From an uncultured Actinomycetota bacterium (GTDB taxonomy: Bacteria; Actinomycetota; Actinomycetes; Streptosporangiales; Streptosporangiaceae): 64,000 bases of DNA. The stretch is taken from positions 20,150 to 84,149 of the forward strand of contig CAVTKQ010000035.1 of assembly GCA_963735315.1 (NCBI GenBank). Reading direction: 5' to 3'. Below the pieces are notes generated by a model. The model saw only the letters and a list, made by a program, of their open reading frames with translations, was not told where the DNA came from and ran no database searches. Below, piece after piece: positions 23,979 through 34,094 of the stretch (position 1 is the first letter of the stretch; each line of letters starts with the position of its first letter). The position numbers and the translations under genes are program-made.

Positions 23979-24176
23979 GTATCACGATACGGACTGATTA
24001 TCATGTAATATGGACTAGGACGTCAATCTCGTAAGGCGACAAGTTACTCATAAGTTATCATTGCTACGAAAGCCGCTGGAAGACCCCGCAATCCCGGGGA
24101 AACACAGCCGTCATCCGCGTGGAACGCCGCCCCGGATCGTCCTCGAACCGGGCTAAGATGTATCACGATACGGACT
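23979..24176. promoter_or_regulatory. Two identical 17-bp sites, putative IclR operators
   Basis: GTATCACGATACGGACT at 23979-23995 and 24160-24176. Confidence 0.7.
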
Positions 24177-24326
24177 TAACGAAGTCTCTCGCGACGTGTG
24201 CGGGCATCGCGAGGCACAGACCACAGGAACGAGTAAGTTGATCACCGTAAGCCACACTCGCCTTCGAAATCCGGAGCCCCCGATGGTCCCAAGCCGCACG
24301 CGGCCGCATCGCACGGGCGGTACGCG

Positions 24327-25142
24327 GTGAACGCGGAGAGCCGGGGCACGGCAGGCCAGGTCGCCGTCCTGCACAAGGCGCTCGACCTCCTGGAGTGCCT
24401 TGCCGCCGCGCCGCTCACCGCAGCCGACATCAGCAAGCGGATCGGGGTGGCCAAGCCGACCGTTTACCGGCTGCTTGGCACCCTGCAAAGCCGCGGCTTC
24501 ATCGACAAGGAGCCGGACGGCAGCCGCTACATGATCGGCAGCGCCGTGCACGCACTCGGCGCGGGCCCCGGCAGCCCGACCGACCTGATCTCGCTTACCC
24601 GCCCCTTCACCGCCAAGCTCGCCACCACCTACGGTGAGACCATCAACGTGGCCGTCAAGAGCGGCGACCAGATCCTCTACGTGGACGTCCTGCAGAGCGG
24701 CCACCGGCTCCGCACCGAGATCCCGGCCGGCGGCCGGGACCACATCCACTCAACCGCCCTCGGCAAGGCCATCCTGGCCGAGCTCCCCGAGGGGGAAGCC
24801 CGCGCTATCCTCACCACGATCGACCTGGTGCCCGTCACCCCGAGCACGGTTACCGCCGTCCCGGCCCTGCTGCGCCAGTTCGCCATGATCAGGCAGACCG
24901 GCTACGCCGTCGACGACGAGGAGAACGAGGTTGGCTCCGTCTGCGTCGCCGCGGCCATCCGCGGGCCCGACGGCCGCCCGGTCGGCGCGATCAGCATCTC
25001 TGGTCCCCGCTGGCGCATCGACGACCAGCTGGTCAGGGCCATCGGCGCCGAGCTCGTTGCCATCCGTGACTCGCTCACCGATGTCTTCCGCTTCGGCGGC
25101 GCCCGGGCCGACGCCACCTTGGCCAGCGGATCGCTGACCTAG
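24327..25142 (+). CDS. IclR-family transcriptional regulator
   Basis: VLHKALDLL, AKPTVYRLL, HSTALGKAIL, GYAVDDEENE. Confidence 0.95.
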   Translation: MNAESRGTAGQVAVLHKALDLLECLAAAPLTAADISKRIGVAKPTVYRLLGTLQSRGFIDKEPDGSRYMIGSAVHALGAGPGSPTDLISLTRPFTAKLATTYGETINVAVKSGDQILYVDVLQSGHRLRTEIPAGGRDHIHSTALGKAILAELPEGEARAILTTIDLVPVTPSTVTAVPALLRQFAMIRQTGYAVDDEENEVGSVCVAAAIRGPDGRPVGAISISGPRWRIDDQLVRAIGAELVAIRDSLTDVFRFGGARADATLASGSLT

Positions 25143-25145
25143 GCC

Positions 25146-26030
25146 ATGCAGGTATTCCGCGCGGCACGCGCTCACCTGGCCGAATGCCCGGTCTGGACCC
25201 CAGACGGTTACCTCACCTGGGTAGACGCCTTTGCGGGTAAGGTCCACGCCAGCGCGCTCGGCGATCCGGCGCAGGACCGGGTCGCCGGGCACGACGGGAT
25301 CGTCGGGAGCGTGATCCCGGTCGCCGACGGCACCTGGGTCATCGGCCTCAACCAGCAGGTCTGGCTCACCGACGCCGCCGGCACCCGCTCGCGGCTCCTG
25401 GCCGAGATCGAGCACCCCCACCCGGACCACCACCTCAACGACGCCAAGGCCGACCCGGATGGCCGGCTCGTCATCGGTTCGGTAAACCGGCGCAAGGGCA
25501 CCCCCACCGCCGGCCTCTTCCAGCTCACCCCGGGCGGGTACCGGACGCTGCGGGGCGCGATGCAGCTCAGCAACGGCCTGGACTGGTCACCCGACGCGCG
25601 CACCTTCTACTTCACCGACAGCGACGCCCGGCTGATCTTTTCCGCCGGCTACCACGACGGCTCGTTCTCTGGCGAGAAGGTATTCGCCCGGGTCGCCGAC
25701 GGGCTGCCCGACGGCCTCGCGGTAGACGCGGAGGGCTGCGTCTGGTCCGCGGTATGGGGCGCGGGCCGTATCGACAGGTACGCGCCCGACGGCAGGGTGA
25801 TCGGCGCCGTGCGTGTCCCGGCCCCCCACGTGACCAGCCTGACCTTCGGCGGCCGCGACCTCTCCACCCTGTTCATCACCACGGCCAGGGACGGCCTCGG
25901 CGCGCGGGAGCTGGAGGCCGCGCCGGAGTCAGGGTCGCTGTTCACCGTCCAGGCGAGCGTCCCCGGCCAGCCCGCGCGGCTGCTCGACCCCGCGTGCTTC
26001 CCGCGAGACGGGGCGCGGGAAGCGGGCTAG
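25146..26030 (+). CDS. SMP-30/gluconolactonase family protein
   Basis: LAECPVW, NDAKADPDGR, SNGLDWSPD, PDGLAVDAEG, FGGRDLSTLFITTA. Confidence 0.93.
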   Translation: MQVFRAARAHLAECPVWTPDGYLTWVDAFAGKVHASALGDPAQDRVAGHDGIVGSVIPVADGTWVIGLNQQVWLTDAAGTRSRLLAEIEHPHPDHHLNDAKADPDGRLVIGSVNRRKGTPTAGLFQLTPGGYRTLRGAMQLSNGLDWSPDARTFYFTDSDARLIFSAGYHDGSFSGEKVFARVADGLPDGLAVDAEGCVWSAVWGAGRIDRYAPDGRVIGAVRVPAPHVTSLTFGGRDLSTLFITTARDGLGARELEAAPESGSLFTVQASVPGQPARLLDPACFPRDGAREAG

Positions 26031-26108
26031 CCCGCGCCCCCGGTTCAAAGGAGCTGGCCGGTCGCGACACCCAGGTGGTCACGGGGTAGGAGCGCATCAC
26101 GAGCGACA

Positions 26109-27662
26109 ATGGTTGACGTGCTGCTCACTGAACTGGCCAGCGTGTCGCGGGTCGTCTCCCAGACGTCAGCTCGTCTTGCCAAGGTTGCGGCGCTTGCCGA
26201 CGCGTTGCGCGCGGCGAGCGCTGATGAGGTTCCCGTCGTCGTGGCGTACCTGTCCGGGGAGCTGCCGCAGCGGCAGATCGGGGTCGGCTGGGCGGCGCTG
26301 CGCTCGGTACCCGGCGCCGCGCAGGCGCCGTCGTTGACCGTGCTGGCCGTCGATGAGGCCTTCAGCCGGATCGGGGCCGTGTCCGGCAAGGGGTCTGCGG
26401 CCGAGCGGAAGCGGCTTGTCGGGGAACTGTTCGGCCTGGCCACCGCGGAGGAGCAGTTCTTTCTCGTGCGGCTGCTCTCGGGTGAGCTCCGGCAAGGGGC
26501 TCTCGACGGGGTGATGACCGACGCGGTCGCCAAGGCCGCCGAGGTGCCCGGGGCGGAGGTGCGGCGGGCGGTCATGCTGAGCGGCTCGCTGGCGGTGGCG
26601 GCGCAGGCCGCGCTGGCCGGCGGGAGCGAGGCGCTTGGCCGGTTCGGGCTCCAGGTCGGACGGCCGCTCAAGCCGATGCTGGCGGCCAGTGAGGCGTCGA
26701 TCGACGAGGCCCTCGCCAAGATCGGCGGGGCAGCGGCGGTCGAGTGGAAGCTCGACGGGATCCGGGTGCAGGCGCACGTCGCGGACGGCCAGTGCGGCTG
26801 TTCACCCGGTCGCTTGACGACATCACCGACCGGCTGCCCGAGGTCGTCACGGCCCTGGCGGCGCTCCCGGTACGCGACGCCGTCTTCGACGGCGAGCTGA
26901 TCGCGCTGCGCCCCGACGGGCGGCCTTACGCCTTCCAGGACACCGCCTCCCGGGCGGCGAGCGAGATCGACGTCGCCCAGTGCCGTCAAACAGGGCGCGG
27001 GAACCGTGCCGCTGTCGGTGTTCCTCTTCGACGTGCTGCACCTCGACGGCACCGACCTGATCGACCGGCCGGACGCGGAGCGCCACGCCGCCCTGGCCTC
27101 GGTCGTCCCGCAGGCGATGCTGATGCCACGGCTGGTCACGGACGACCCCGACGAGGCAACGGCATTCTTCCAGGAGGCCGTCGCCAAGGGCCACGAGGGC
27201 GTCGTGGTCAAGTCACTGACGACGCCCTACGCCGCCGGAAGACGCGGCGCCGGCTGGATCAAGGTCAAGCCGAGGCACACCCTGGACCTGGTCGTCCTGG
27301 CCGTCGAGTGGGGCCACGGCCGCCGCCAGGGCTGGCTGTCCAACCTCCACCTCGGCGCCCGCGACCCAGACACGGGCGGCTGGGTAATGCTCGGCAAGAC
27401 GTTCAAGGGCCTGACCGACGAGCTGCTGACCTGGCAGACCGCGAGGTTCCTGGAACTCGAGGACCACCGTGACGACTACACCGTCTACGTGCACCCCGAG
27501 CAGGTCGTCGAGATCGCTTTCGACGGCGTCCAGCGCAGCCCGCGCTACCCGGGCGGCGTCGCACTGAGATTCGCCCGGGTACTGCGCTACCGCGAGGACA
27601 AGACGGCAATAGAAGCCGACACGATAAACACGGTAACGGCGCTAGCGCCGCCCACCGACTGA
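26109..27662 (+). CDS. ligB: ATP-dependent DNA ligase, LigB type (frameshifted)
   Basis: [42 protein letters not shown]. Confidence 0.9.
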
Positions 27663-27727
27663 CAAAGGAGAAGCGGGGGCGAAAGGGAGTGAGCCCCCGC
27701 CCCCGCGACCCCTTAGAAGCGGCTAAT

Positions 27728-28117
27728 TTACTCCGGCACGAAGCTCGTCGAGCACGTGGCCCCGGTCTTGTACCCGGCTGGCACGCCGATGACCTTGCCC
27801 GCGAGGGTGACCTTGTAGTTCTTGGTCGGGTTCCCGACGCCGAACTGGTACGTGGTCTTCGTGCTCTTAGGGGTCTTGAACTTCCAGACGTGCGTCACCG
27901 TCTTGTACTTGATCGTGACCTGCACGGTCGTCGCGGCCGCCGTGCTCGTCACCGTCAGCGTCTCTTTCTGGGCGGCATGCGGGTGCGCGATATTGACGTG
28001 CACCGAGCACTTGTCCACCTTGGCCGCGGCCGGCGCCGCGGCGTAAGCCGGGCTTACCAGCCCCGCAACCGCGGACACGGAGACAAGGCCAGCGACAACC
28101 GCATTCCTGAGCTTCAT
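27728..28117 (-). CDS. Small secreted Lys/Thr-rich hypothetical protein
   Basis: Sec signal ending AYA; two Cys near the ends of the mature part; ends CSTSFVP. Confidence 0.75.
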   Translation of the reverse strand: MKLRNAVVAGLVSVSAVAGLVSPAYAAAPAAAKVDKCSVHVNIAHPHAAQKETLTVTSTAAATTVQVTIKYKTVTHVWKFKTPKSTKTTYQFGVGNPTKNYKVTLAGKVIGVPAGYKTGATCSTSFVPE

Positions 28118-28193
28118 GAATTCCCCACCCCTTGAATTCCCTCTTATGAGGGAAATTCTCGCAATTCAATTGCGTTGACGGGGGATGAGCCTA

Positions 28194-29867
28194 CTACTTC
28201 TTCTTTTTGTCGCGCTTGCCAAATGCGGCAGGAATGACGTTGGAGCCGCGGCCGCCGCCGAAAGCCGGCGGCAGCGCCGACGGCCCGCCCCGCAGGCCCG
28301 GGAGGCCATCGCCCTCGTCGCCGAAGCCGGGGACCCCGCCCGCCGCCTGCGCGTCGCGCAGCATCTCGGCCAGCTCCTCCATCGACTGCGGCGCCGCCTG
28401 GGCGGCGGCGGCAGGCTCCTGCGCCGGGTCCGGGGCGGCCGCGATCCCGGCCTTGCGCGGGTCGCCGCTCTTGCGCTTGCCCTTCGCGTTCTTCGCCGCC
28501 TTGGCCCGGGCCGCGGCCTTACGGCCGCCCATCATGCCCGGTATCGCCGGCATGCCCGGCATGCCCCCGCTCATCAGCATCTTCATCTGCCGCTGGCCCT
28601 CGAAGAAGTTCGTGACCAGCTGGGAGACATCGCCGACGGCGACACCGGAGCCGTTGGCGATCCGCAGCCGCCGCGAGCCGTTGATGACCTTGGGGTTGCG
28701 GCGCTCCTCCGGCGTCATCGAGCGGACGATCGCCTCGGCCCGGTCCAGGTCCTTGTCGTTGACCTGGTCGAGGAGCGCCTTGTTCTTCGCCGCGCCCGGC
28801 ATCATGCCGAGGATGTTCTTCAGCGGGCCGAGCTTGCGCAGCATCCCGAGCTGCTCGATGAAGTCCTCGAGGGTGAACCCCTCGCCGGTCATCAGCCGGT
28901 TCGCCATCGAGGCGGCCTGGTCGGCGTCGAACGCCTTCTCGGCCTGCTCGATAAGCGTGAGGACGTCGCCCATGTCCAGGATCCGGGTGGCCATCCGGTC
29001 CGGGTGGAACACGTCGAAGTCCGCCAGCTTCTCACCGGTGGAGGCGAACATCACCGGCTTGCCCGTCAGCGCCGCGATCGAGAGCGCGGCACCGCCGCGG
29101 GCGTCGCCGTCGAGCTTCGTCAGCACCACGCCGTCGTAGCCGACCCCGTCGAGGAACGCCTGCGCGGTCGCCACCGCGTCCTGGCCGATCATCGCGTCGA
29201 CGACGTACAGCACCTCGTCCGGGTCGGTCGCGTCGCGGATCGCGGCGGCCTGCGCCATCAGCTCCGCGTCGATGCCGAGACGGCCGGCGGTGTCGATGAT
29301 GACGATGTTGTGCAGCGAGCGCTTGGCCTCGTCGATCGACTGCCTGGCCACCGCCACCGGGTCACCGACACCGTTGCCGGGCTCGGGCGCGAACACCGGA
29401 ACCCCGGCGCGCTCCCCGACCACCTGCAGCTGGGTCACCGCGTTCGGCCGCTGGAGGTCGGCGGCGACGAGCAGCGGCGTGTTGCCCTGCTCCTTCAGCC
29501 ACAGCGCCAGCTTGCCCGCCAGCGTCGTCTTACCGGCACCCTGGAGGCCGGCCAGCATGATCACCGTCGGCGGGTTCTTGGCGAACCGCAGCCGCCGCGT
29601 CTCGCCGCCGAGGATCGTGACGAGCTCCTCGTGCACGATCTTGATGACCTGCTGCGCGGGGTTCAGTGCCTGCGACACCTCCACGCCCGCGGCACGTTCC
29701 TTGACCCGCGCGATGAACTGCCGCACGACGGGCAGCGCGACATCCGCCTCGAGCAGCGCGATGCGAATCTCGCGGGCGGTCGCGTCAATGTCGGCCTGTG
29801 ACAGCCGCCCCTTGCCGCGTAGCGAGGAGAAGACCTGGGTCAGTCGATCGGAGAGCGTCTCAAACAC
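28194..29867 (-). CDS. ffh: Signal recognition particle protein
   Basis: MFETLSDRL, GLQGAGKTT, DTAGRL, TKLDGDARGG, FHPDRMA. Confidence 0.98.
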   Translation of the reverse strand: MFETLSDRLTQVFSSLRGKGRLSQADIDATAREIRIALLEADVALPVVRQFIARVKERAAGVEVSQALNPAQQVIKIVHEELVTILGGETRRLRFAKNPPTVIMLAGLQGAGKTTLAGKLALWLKEQGNTPLLVAADLQRPNAVTQLQVVGERAGVPVFAPEPGNGVGDPVAVARQSIDEAKRSLHNIVIIDTAGRLGIDAELMAQAAAIRDATDPDEVLYVVDAMIGQDAVATAQAFLDGVGYDGVVLTKLDGDARGGAALSIAALTGKPVMFASTGEKLADFDVFHPDRMATRILDMGDVLTLIEQAEKAFDADQAASMANRLMTGEGFTLEDFIEQLGMLRKLGPLKNILGMMPGAAKNKALLDQVNDKDLDRAEAIVRSMTPEERRNPKVINGSRRLRIANGSGVAVGDVSQLVTNFFEGQRQMKMLMSGGMPGMPAIPGMMGGRKAAARAKAAKNAKGKRKSGDPRKAGIAAAPDPAQEPAAAAQAAPQSMEELAEMLRDAQAAGGVPGFGDEGDGLPGLRGGPSALPPAFGGGRGSNVIPAAFGKRDKKKK

Positions 29868-30167
29868 ACTTCAAGGCTACCGGCCCCTGGGAGCTAAGGC
29901 TCTTATTCTCGCTCGGGACGAACGCCGGGGTAACCGCGGGCCGAAGCCGCGAGGTCGCCGCCGGCTGATCTCTTCAAGTAATCCCGAACGAGTGCGGCTG
30001 ACTCCAGCCGCGACCGACTCCCCTCCGGCTCGTTCGGCCTCTCCGGGGCATACCGATTTTGGCTCGGACAAATGGGTACAAAATACCCGGGCTAGCGGCG
30101 CTTCCTCGGTATACCTCCGGGTGCGGGAGGGCCGTGCCTCAATCAAGCGGCGAGGGATGATGGTTTC

Positions 30168-31127
30168 ATGCGGGTGATCGTGCTTGGCGCGGGCGTCGTC
30201 GGGCTGACCACCGCGGTGCAGGCTGCTCGAGGCCGGGTGCGACGTCAGGGTGGTGGCCGCCGCCACGGTCGAGGCGACAACGTCCTACGTGGCCGCCGGG
30301 GTCTGGTTCCCGACCCATGTCGGGCCGCCGGGCAAGGTCGCCGTCTGGGGGCGCCGGACCTTGGAGGTCCTCGCCGGCCAGGCCCGTGACTCGGTACCCG
30401 GCGTCGTTATGCGCGAGTCCCTGGCGCTGTACCGGCAGCCGCCCGGCCGACCGGACTGGACCGCGACTGGTCGGCCACGTCCGTGAAGCCGCCCCGGCGG
30501 AGCTGCCGCCCGGTTACTCCTACGGCCTCCGGTTCGCGGTGCCCCAGGCGGAAATGCCGTTGTACCTGCCCTGGCTGATGCGAGCGGGTGCGGGACCTGG
30601 GCGGCGAGATCGTCACGCGCCGGGTGACCGCGCTGCCCGAACTGTTCGAAACCGGGGTAGACGCCGTGGTCAACTGCCCGGGCCTGGCGGCCAGGGACCT
30701 GGTCGGCGACCGCTCGGTCTACCCGGTGCGGGGCCAGATCGTGCGCGTCACCAACCCGGGCATCACCATGTCGGTGCGCGACGAGTTCCACCCGGCCGGC
30801 CGGGCGTACGTCCACCCGCGGGCCAGTGACTGCATCCTCGGCGGCACCCTCGACGAGAACCAGTGGGACACCGAGCCCGACCCGGCCACCGCCGCGGCGA
30901 TCATCGCGCGGTGCACGGAAATCGTTCCGGCCATCGCGAACGCCAGGGTCATCGAGAACCTCGCCGGCTTGCGCCCCGGTCGCCCGGAGGTCCGGCTTGA
31001 GGAGAGCGCCCCGGAGGGCGGCGGTCCCCGGGTCGTGCACAACTACGGGCACGGCGGCGCCGGCATAACGCTCAGCTGGGGCTGCGCGGAAGACGTCACC
31101 CGGATTCTCCTTAGCGGCGCGGTGTAG
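30168..31127 (+). CDS. D-amino acid oxidase family FAD oxidoreductase (frameshifted)
   Basis: GAGVVGLTTA, PVRGQIV, GLRPGR, HNYGHGGAGITLSWGCA. Confidence 0.9.
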
Positions 31128-31229
31128 CCCGAGAATTCGCGCCGCAGCGTAGTTTAAGAACCTTCCCTCGGCTCTGGCACCGTGACAGCTCGATAGGCAT
31201 CGAAAAATTCGGCAACCCCAGGGTTTGCC

Positions 31230-31765
31230 TTGCGGATTCGCCGCAACCGGCTGCGCCCCAAGTACGAGCACGGGTGCGGCGGAACTTGCGGCCGTAAGTT
31301 GGCCGGTTACTGCCCCGCCCGTCGGCAGACCCAGGCCGACACCGGCCCCACGAATCCCGGGCTGGTCGCCGCGTGGTCGAACTGCCCGACCCGCTGATTG
31401 TGCTGCTAAAGGTCCACAGGAAAGCGCAGGATGCCAAGCGCACCGCCGCCCGTCAGCTATGGCACGAAGAGGGATGGGGGTTCGCCACGCCCGACGGCCA
31501 CCCGCTCAACCCGTTCACGGACTACCGCGAGTGGACAGTGTTGATCGAGGAAGCCGGGCTACCCGACCGCCGGTTGCACGACGCGCGGCACACCGGCGCG
31601 ACCGTGCTCGCCATCCTCGCTGTGCCGACGCCTACTGCCATGGCCATCATGGGATGGTCGAGTGCAGAGATGGCTGCCCGCTATCAGCACGTGCTCGACA
31701 GCATCCGCAAGGGCGTTGCCGATCAGGTAGGCGGACTGCTGTGGGGCAATGAAGATGACGCCTAG
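31230..31765 (+). pseudogene. Tyrosine recombinase/integrase, C-terminal fragment only
   Basis: RPKYEHGCGGTCGRK, SRAGRRVVELP, RLHDARHT, MGWSS...RYQH; N-terminal part not found. Confidence 0.88.
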
Positions 31766-31809
31766 CGCCAGCAGCATAATTCTGGCTAAATGTAGCCTAG
31801 CTGGCATCC

Positions 31810-32544
31810 ATGGTGATTCGGGGGAGACATCTAATGCCTGAACCGGCAGAGCCAGACCGGCGGTCACATCGCGCGGCTGATGCGGAGGATATCTGGTTGG
31901 GCTTCGTGAGGCTGTTCGCGTCCATCCGTAATTCGGTTGGGGGATGGCACCCGGAACCGTACGTAGGCAGAGACTTGACGGAGACGCCACCCTTGCCTGG
32001 CGACTTTCCCATCTCGATTTACCTAGCTGACGAGAACGTTCATGAGGAGACTGAGACAGCTGTCGAGCAGTGGCTGGATACCGCGCATCTTGGCATCGCC
32101 ACACGGGGTAAGCCGGTCATCGGGTCATGGTTCCGGCGCATGACGGCCAGCTTGAAGGAGGCTAGCCAGACTCCTACGGGCCGCGAGGTGCTCTTGACTG
32201 CTACCCACATCGCCGACAGCCGTCTTGTTCAGTCCCAGGACGCTTATGTCACCGCAACCTTGCTACAGAACGTCGGGCCGGTTCTCCAAGCGCTCCAGCC
32301 GACTAAAGACGCTGTTGTCCGTGCTGGCGCCCTGCTCATCGTGAAAATCGACTGGACGGTTCAAGTCCACCAACTGACCGCAGCTCAGCAAGCGATGCTC
32401 GATCATCAGCCGCGACTGGCCGCCTCGCCTACGGAGATCATCGCCGCGTTGCAGCTTCAAGGTCCGGTCATCCAGGAAGCAACCATCCGGCCGACAGCGC
32501 GGCACGACAGTGGTGGCGAGACTGCCGCTACAGCGGCCAACTGA
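31810..32544 (+). CDS. Hypothetical cargo protein (up to 244 aa)
   Basis: Intact ORF with visibly more A/T-ending codons than the backbone, between integrase remnant and att site. Confidence 0.75.
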   Translation: MVIRGRHLMPEPAEPDRRSHRAADAEDIWLGFVRLFASIRNSVGGWHPEPYVGRDLTETPPLPGDFPISIYLADENVHEETETAVEQWLDTAHLGIATRGKPVIGSWFRRMTASLKEASQTPTGREVLLTATHIADSRLVQSQDAYVTATLLQNVGPVLQALQPTKDAVVRAGALLIVKIDWTVQVHQLTAAQQAMLDHQPRLAASPTEIIAALQLQGPVIQEATIRPTARHDSGGETAATAAN

Positions 32545-32596
32545 GACCAGAAATGAGACCAGGCACGAAAAAGGACCATCCGCCGCCTGCGGATGG
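32542..32596. repeat. Putative integrase arm-type repeats plus hairpin
   Basis: TGAGACCAG at 32542 and 32554; stem CCATCCGC/GCGGATGG at 32576-32596. Confidence 0.55.
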
Positions 32597-32621
32597 CCCT
32601 CACGTTTTGGCTGGTCAAACG

Positions 32622-32650
32622 GCGGTGGAGGTGGGATTTGAACCCACGGA
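32622..32650 (-). repeat. att-like copy of a tRNA-Ser 3' end
   Basis: GCGGTGGAGGTGGGATTTGAACCCACGGA identical to 42649-42677; reverse complement is a T-arm plus acceptor 3' strand. Confidence 0.9.
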
Positions 32651-32674
32651 CCCGCGCATTTTCCCCGATTCTGT

Positions 32675-33017
32675 GCGACGCGGGATTCGGGCGCGATGGC
32701 CTGGGGCGACCTGGTGGGTGTTGCCGGCGGTCGGGATGCCGGTGCCGATGTCGAGGAACTGCCTGATGCCCTTTTCCTCGGCCAGGTAGCGGACCGCGCG
32801 GGTGAGGAAGCGGCGGTTAGCCCGCGCGCCGTCAACGATCTCGGGGGCTACGGCCACGATTTTCTCAGCGGCCAAGCGGTCGGCATGGTAGTGGTCCTTC
32901 CCGCCCAGGAGGTAGTCGTACACGCGGGCAGGATGCGGCCTGATCACGTCAAATTCGGGAACCGCAATGTCGTCCCGGTAGTCCTGCGGGCTGCTGACCC
33001 CCGCTGCTCGGTGCCAC
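32675..33017 (-). pseudogene. Actinobacterial SAM-dependent methyltransferase (Methyltransf_19-like), 3'-truncated; start approximate
   Basis: PHPARVYDYLLGGKDHY, ARANRRFL, IRQFLDIGTGIPT; similarity stops after APESRV at the island end. Confidence 0.85.
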
Positions 33018-33083
33018 TAGCGCCGCCCTCATCCTGGGGATACGTACTGGTGCAGGGCCCGTGCATCCGGGCTCCGCTGTTCG

Positions 33084-33359
33084 TCACGATGCCGCCCACA
33101 GCGGCCTCAGCTGGGGCGCTGGCACCCGGCCACAGGTCCAAACGACCCGGCGGCCCTGCCGACGCGCCGTCCAGCGCCGTCCGGCAGTCCTCACGTAGCC
33201 AGCGGTCAGCGACCTAGTCGCGTCGTCGAAGTCCGCCGGCTCTACCACTGCTTCATCGGCGCCGTTCGCCAGCATGGAGTCGGCTGCCAGGGTGCGCGCC
33301 CTCGCGTGGTCGTCGGTCACGCCCAGGGCGCTGCCTGCCTCCCAGAGGTAGACCCTCAT
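33084..33359 (-). CDS. Hypothetical protein (91 aa)
   Basis: MRVYLWEAG...; ATGA overlap with the upstream gene. Confidence 0.65.
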   Translation of the reverse strand: MRVYLWEAGSALGVTDDHARARTLAADSMLANGADEAVVEPADFDDATRSLTAGYVRTAGRRWTARRQGRRVVWTCGRVPAPQLRPLWAAS

Positions 33360-34048
33360 GATGGCGCTCCTCCTGATGGCGTTGCTCTGGCGGCTGGGGG
33401 CTCGGCCCTTGGGTGCCTCGGGCAGGCGCTTACCGCCTCGGCGATTGCTAGCTGGCTCATGAGGGCTTCTGTGTCGCCGTAGACGAACGCGATGATTACC
33501 CCGTCGACCATCACTCGTATGCCGAGGTGCGGCGGCGACGGCTGGCTGATCGTGGCGCCAGGGTGTTCCGCAAGCCACGTTTCCAGCCGGGCGGCGGGGT
33601 CCACGCTCGAGCCGGCGACTATCTCGCCCGGAACGCCGCCCGCGCCGATGTGCGCAAGCCACGCCTCGCGGAGCTTGGCATCGGACATCAGGCGGTACCG
33701 CGCCTGCATGCACAGCAGCTCCGCCAACTCGTCGGCTGACCGGGCCGTCAGCGCGGGGCGGAGCAGCGAGTGAGGCCCGGCCGGATCGAAGCCGACCCCT
33801 GACCGGAACGCGAACACCCGGCCGCCGGCCTCGAATATCCGCCACTCGTCGAAGGTGGCGGCGAGCATCTCCAGAGTGACCTCCCCGGTCGGCGGGCTTC
33901 CGCCGACGGCGCTCAGCGTTGCGCTGTCCACCTCACTGCCGTTCCGGTCGGCCGTGACGATCACGGGCTGGCTCCGCATCCGGCGGGACGCTTCGCTGTG
34001 GATGGCTGGCCTCGCTGCCGCGGCTGGCGCGCGAGATGCCGCCTTCAT
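33356..34048 (-). CDS. Hypothetical protein (230 aa)
   Basis: GGAGG before ATG; coupled to the next ORF; divergent from the XRE gene. Confidence 0.7.
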   Translation of the reverse strand: MKAASRAPAAAARPAIHSEASRRMRSQPVIVTADRNGSEVDSATLSAVGGSPPTGEVTLEMLAATFDEWRIFEAGGRVFAFRSGVGFDPAGPHSLLRPALTARSADELAELLCMQARYRLMSDAKLREAWLAHIGAGGVPGEIVAGSSVDPAARLETWLAEHPGATISQPSPPHLGIRVMVDGVIIAFVYGDTEALMSQLAIAEAVSACPRHPRAEPPAARATPSGGAPS

Positions 34049-34094
34049 GCCGTACCTCCCAAGGGGGGCGCTCTGCTCTGAAACTCTCGGCTAC

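Noticed and set aside
26109-27662. ATP-dependent ligase as phage or mobile cargo
   Set aside because: Typical chromosomal LigB with host-like codon usage and no mobile context
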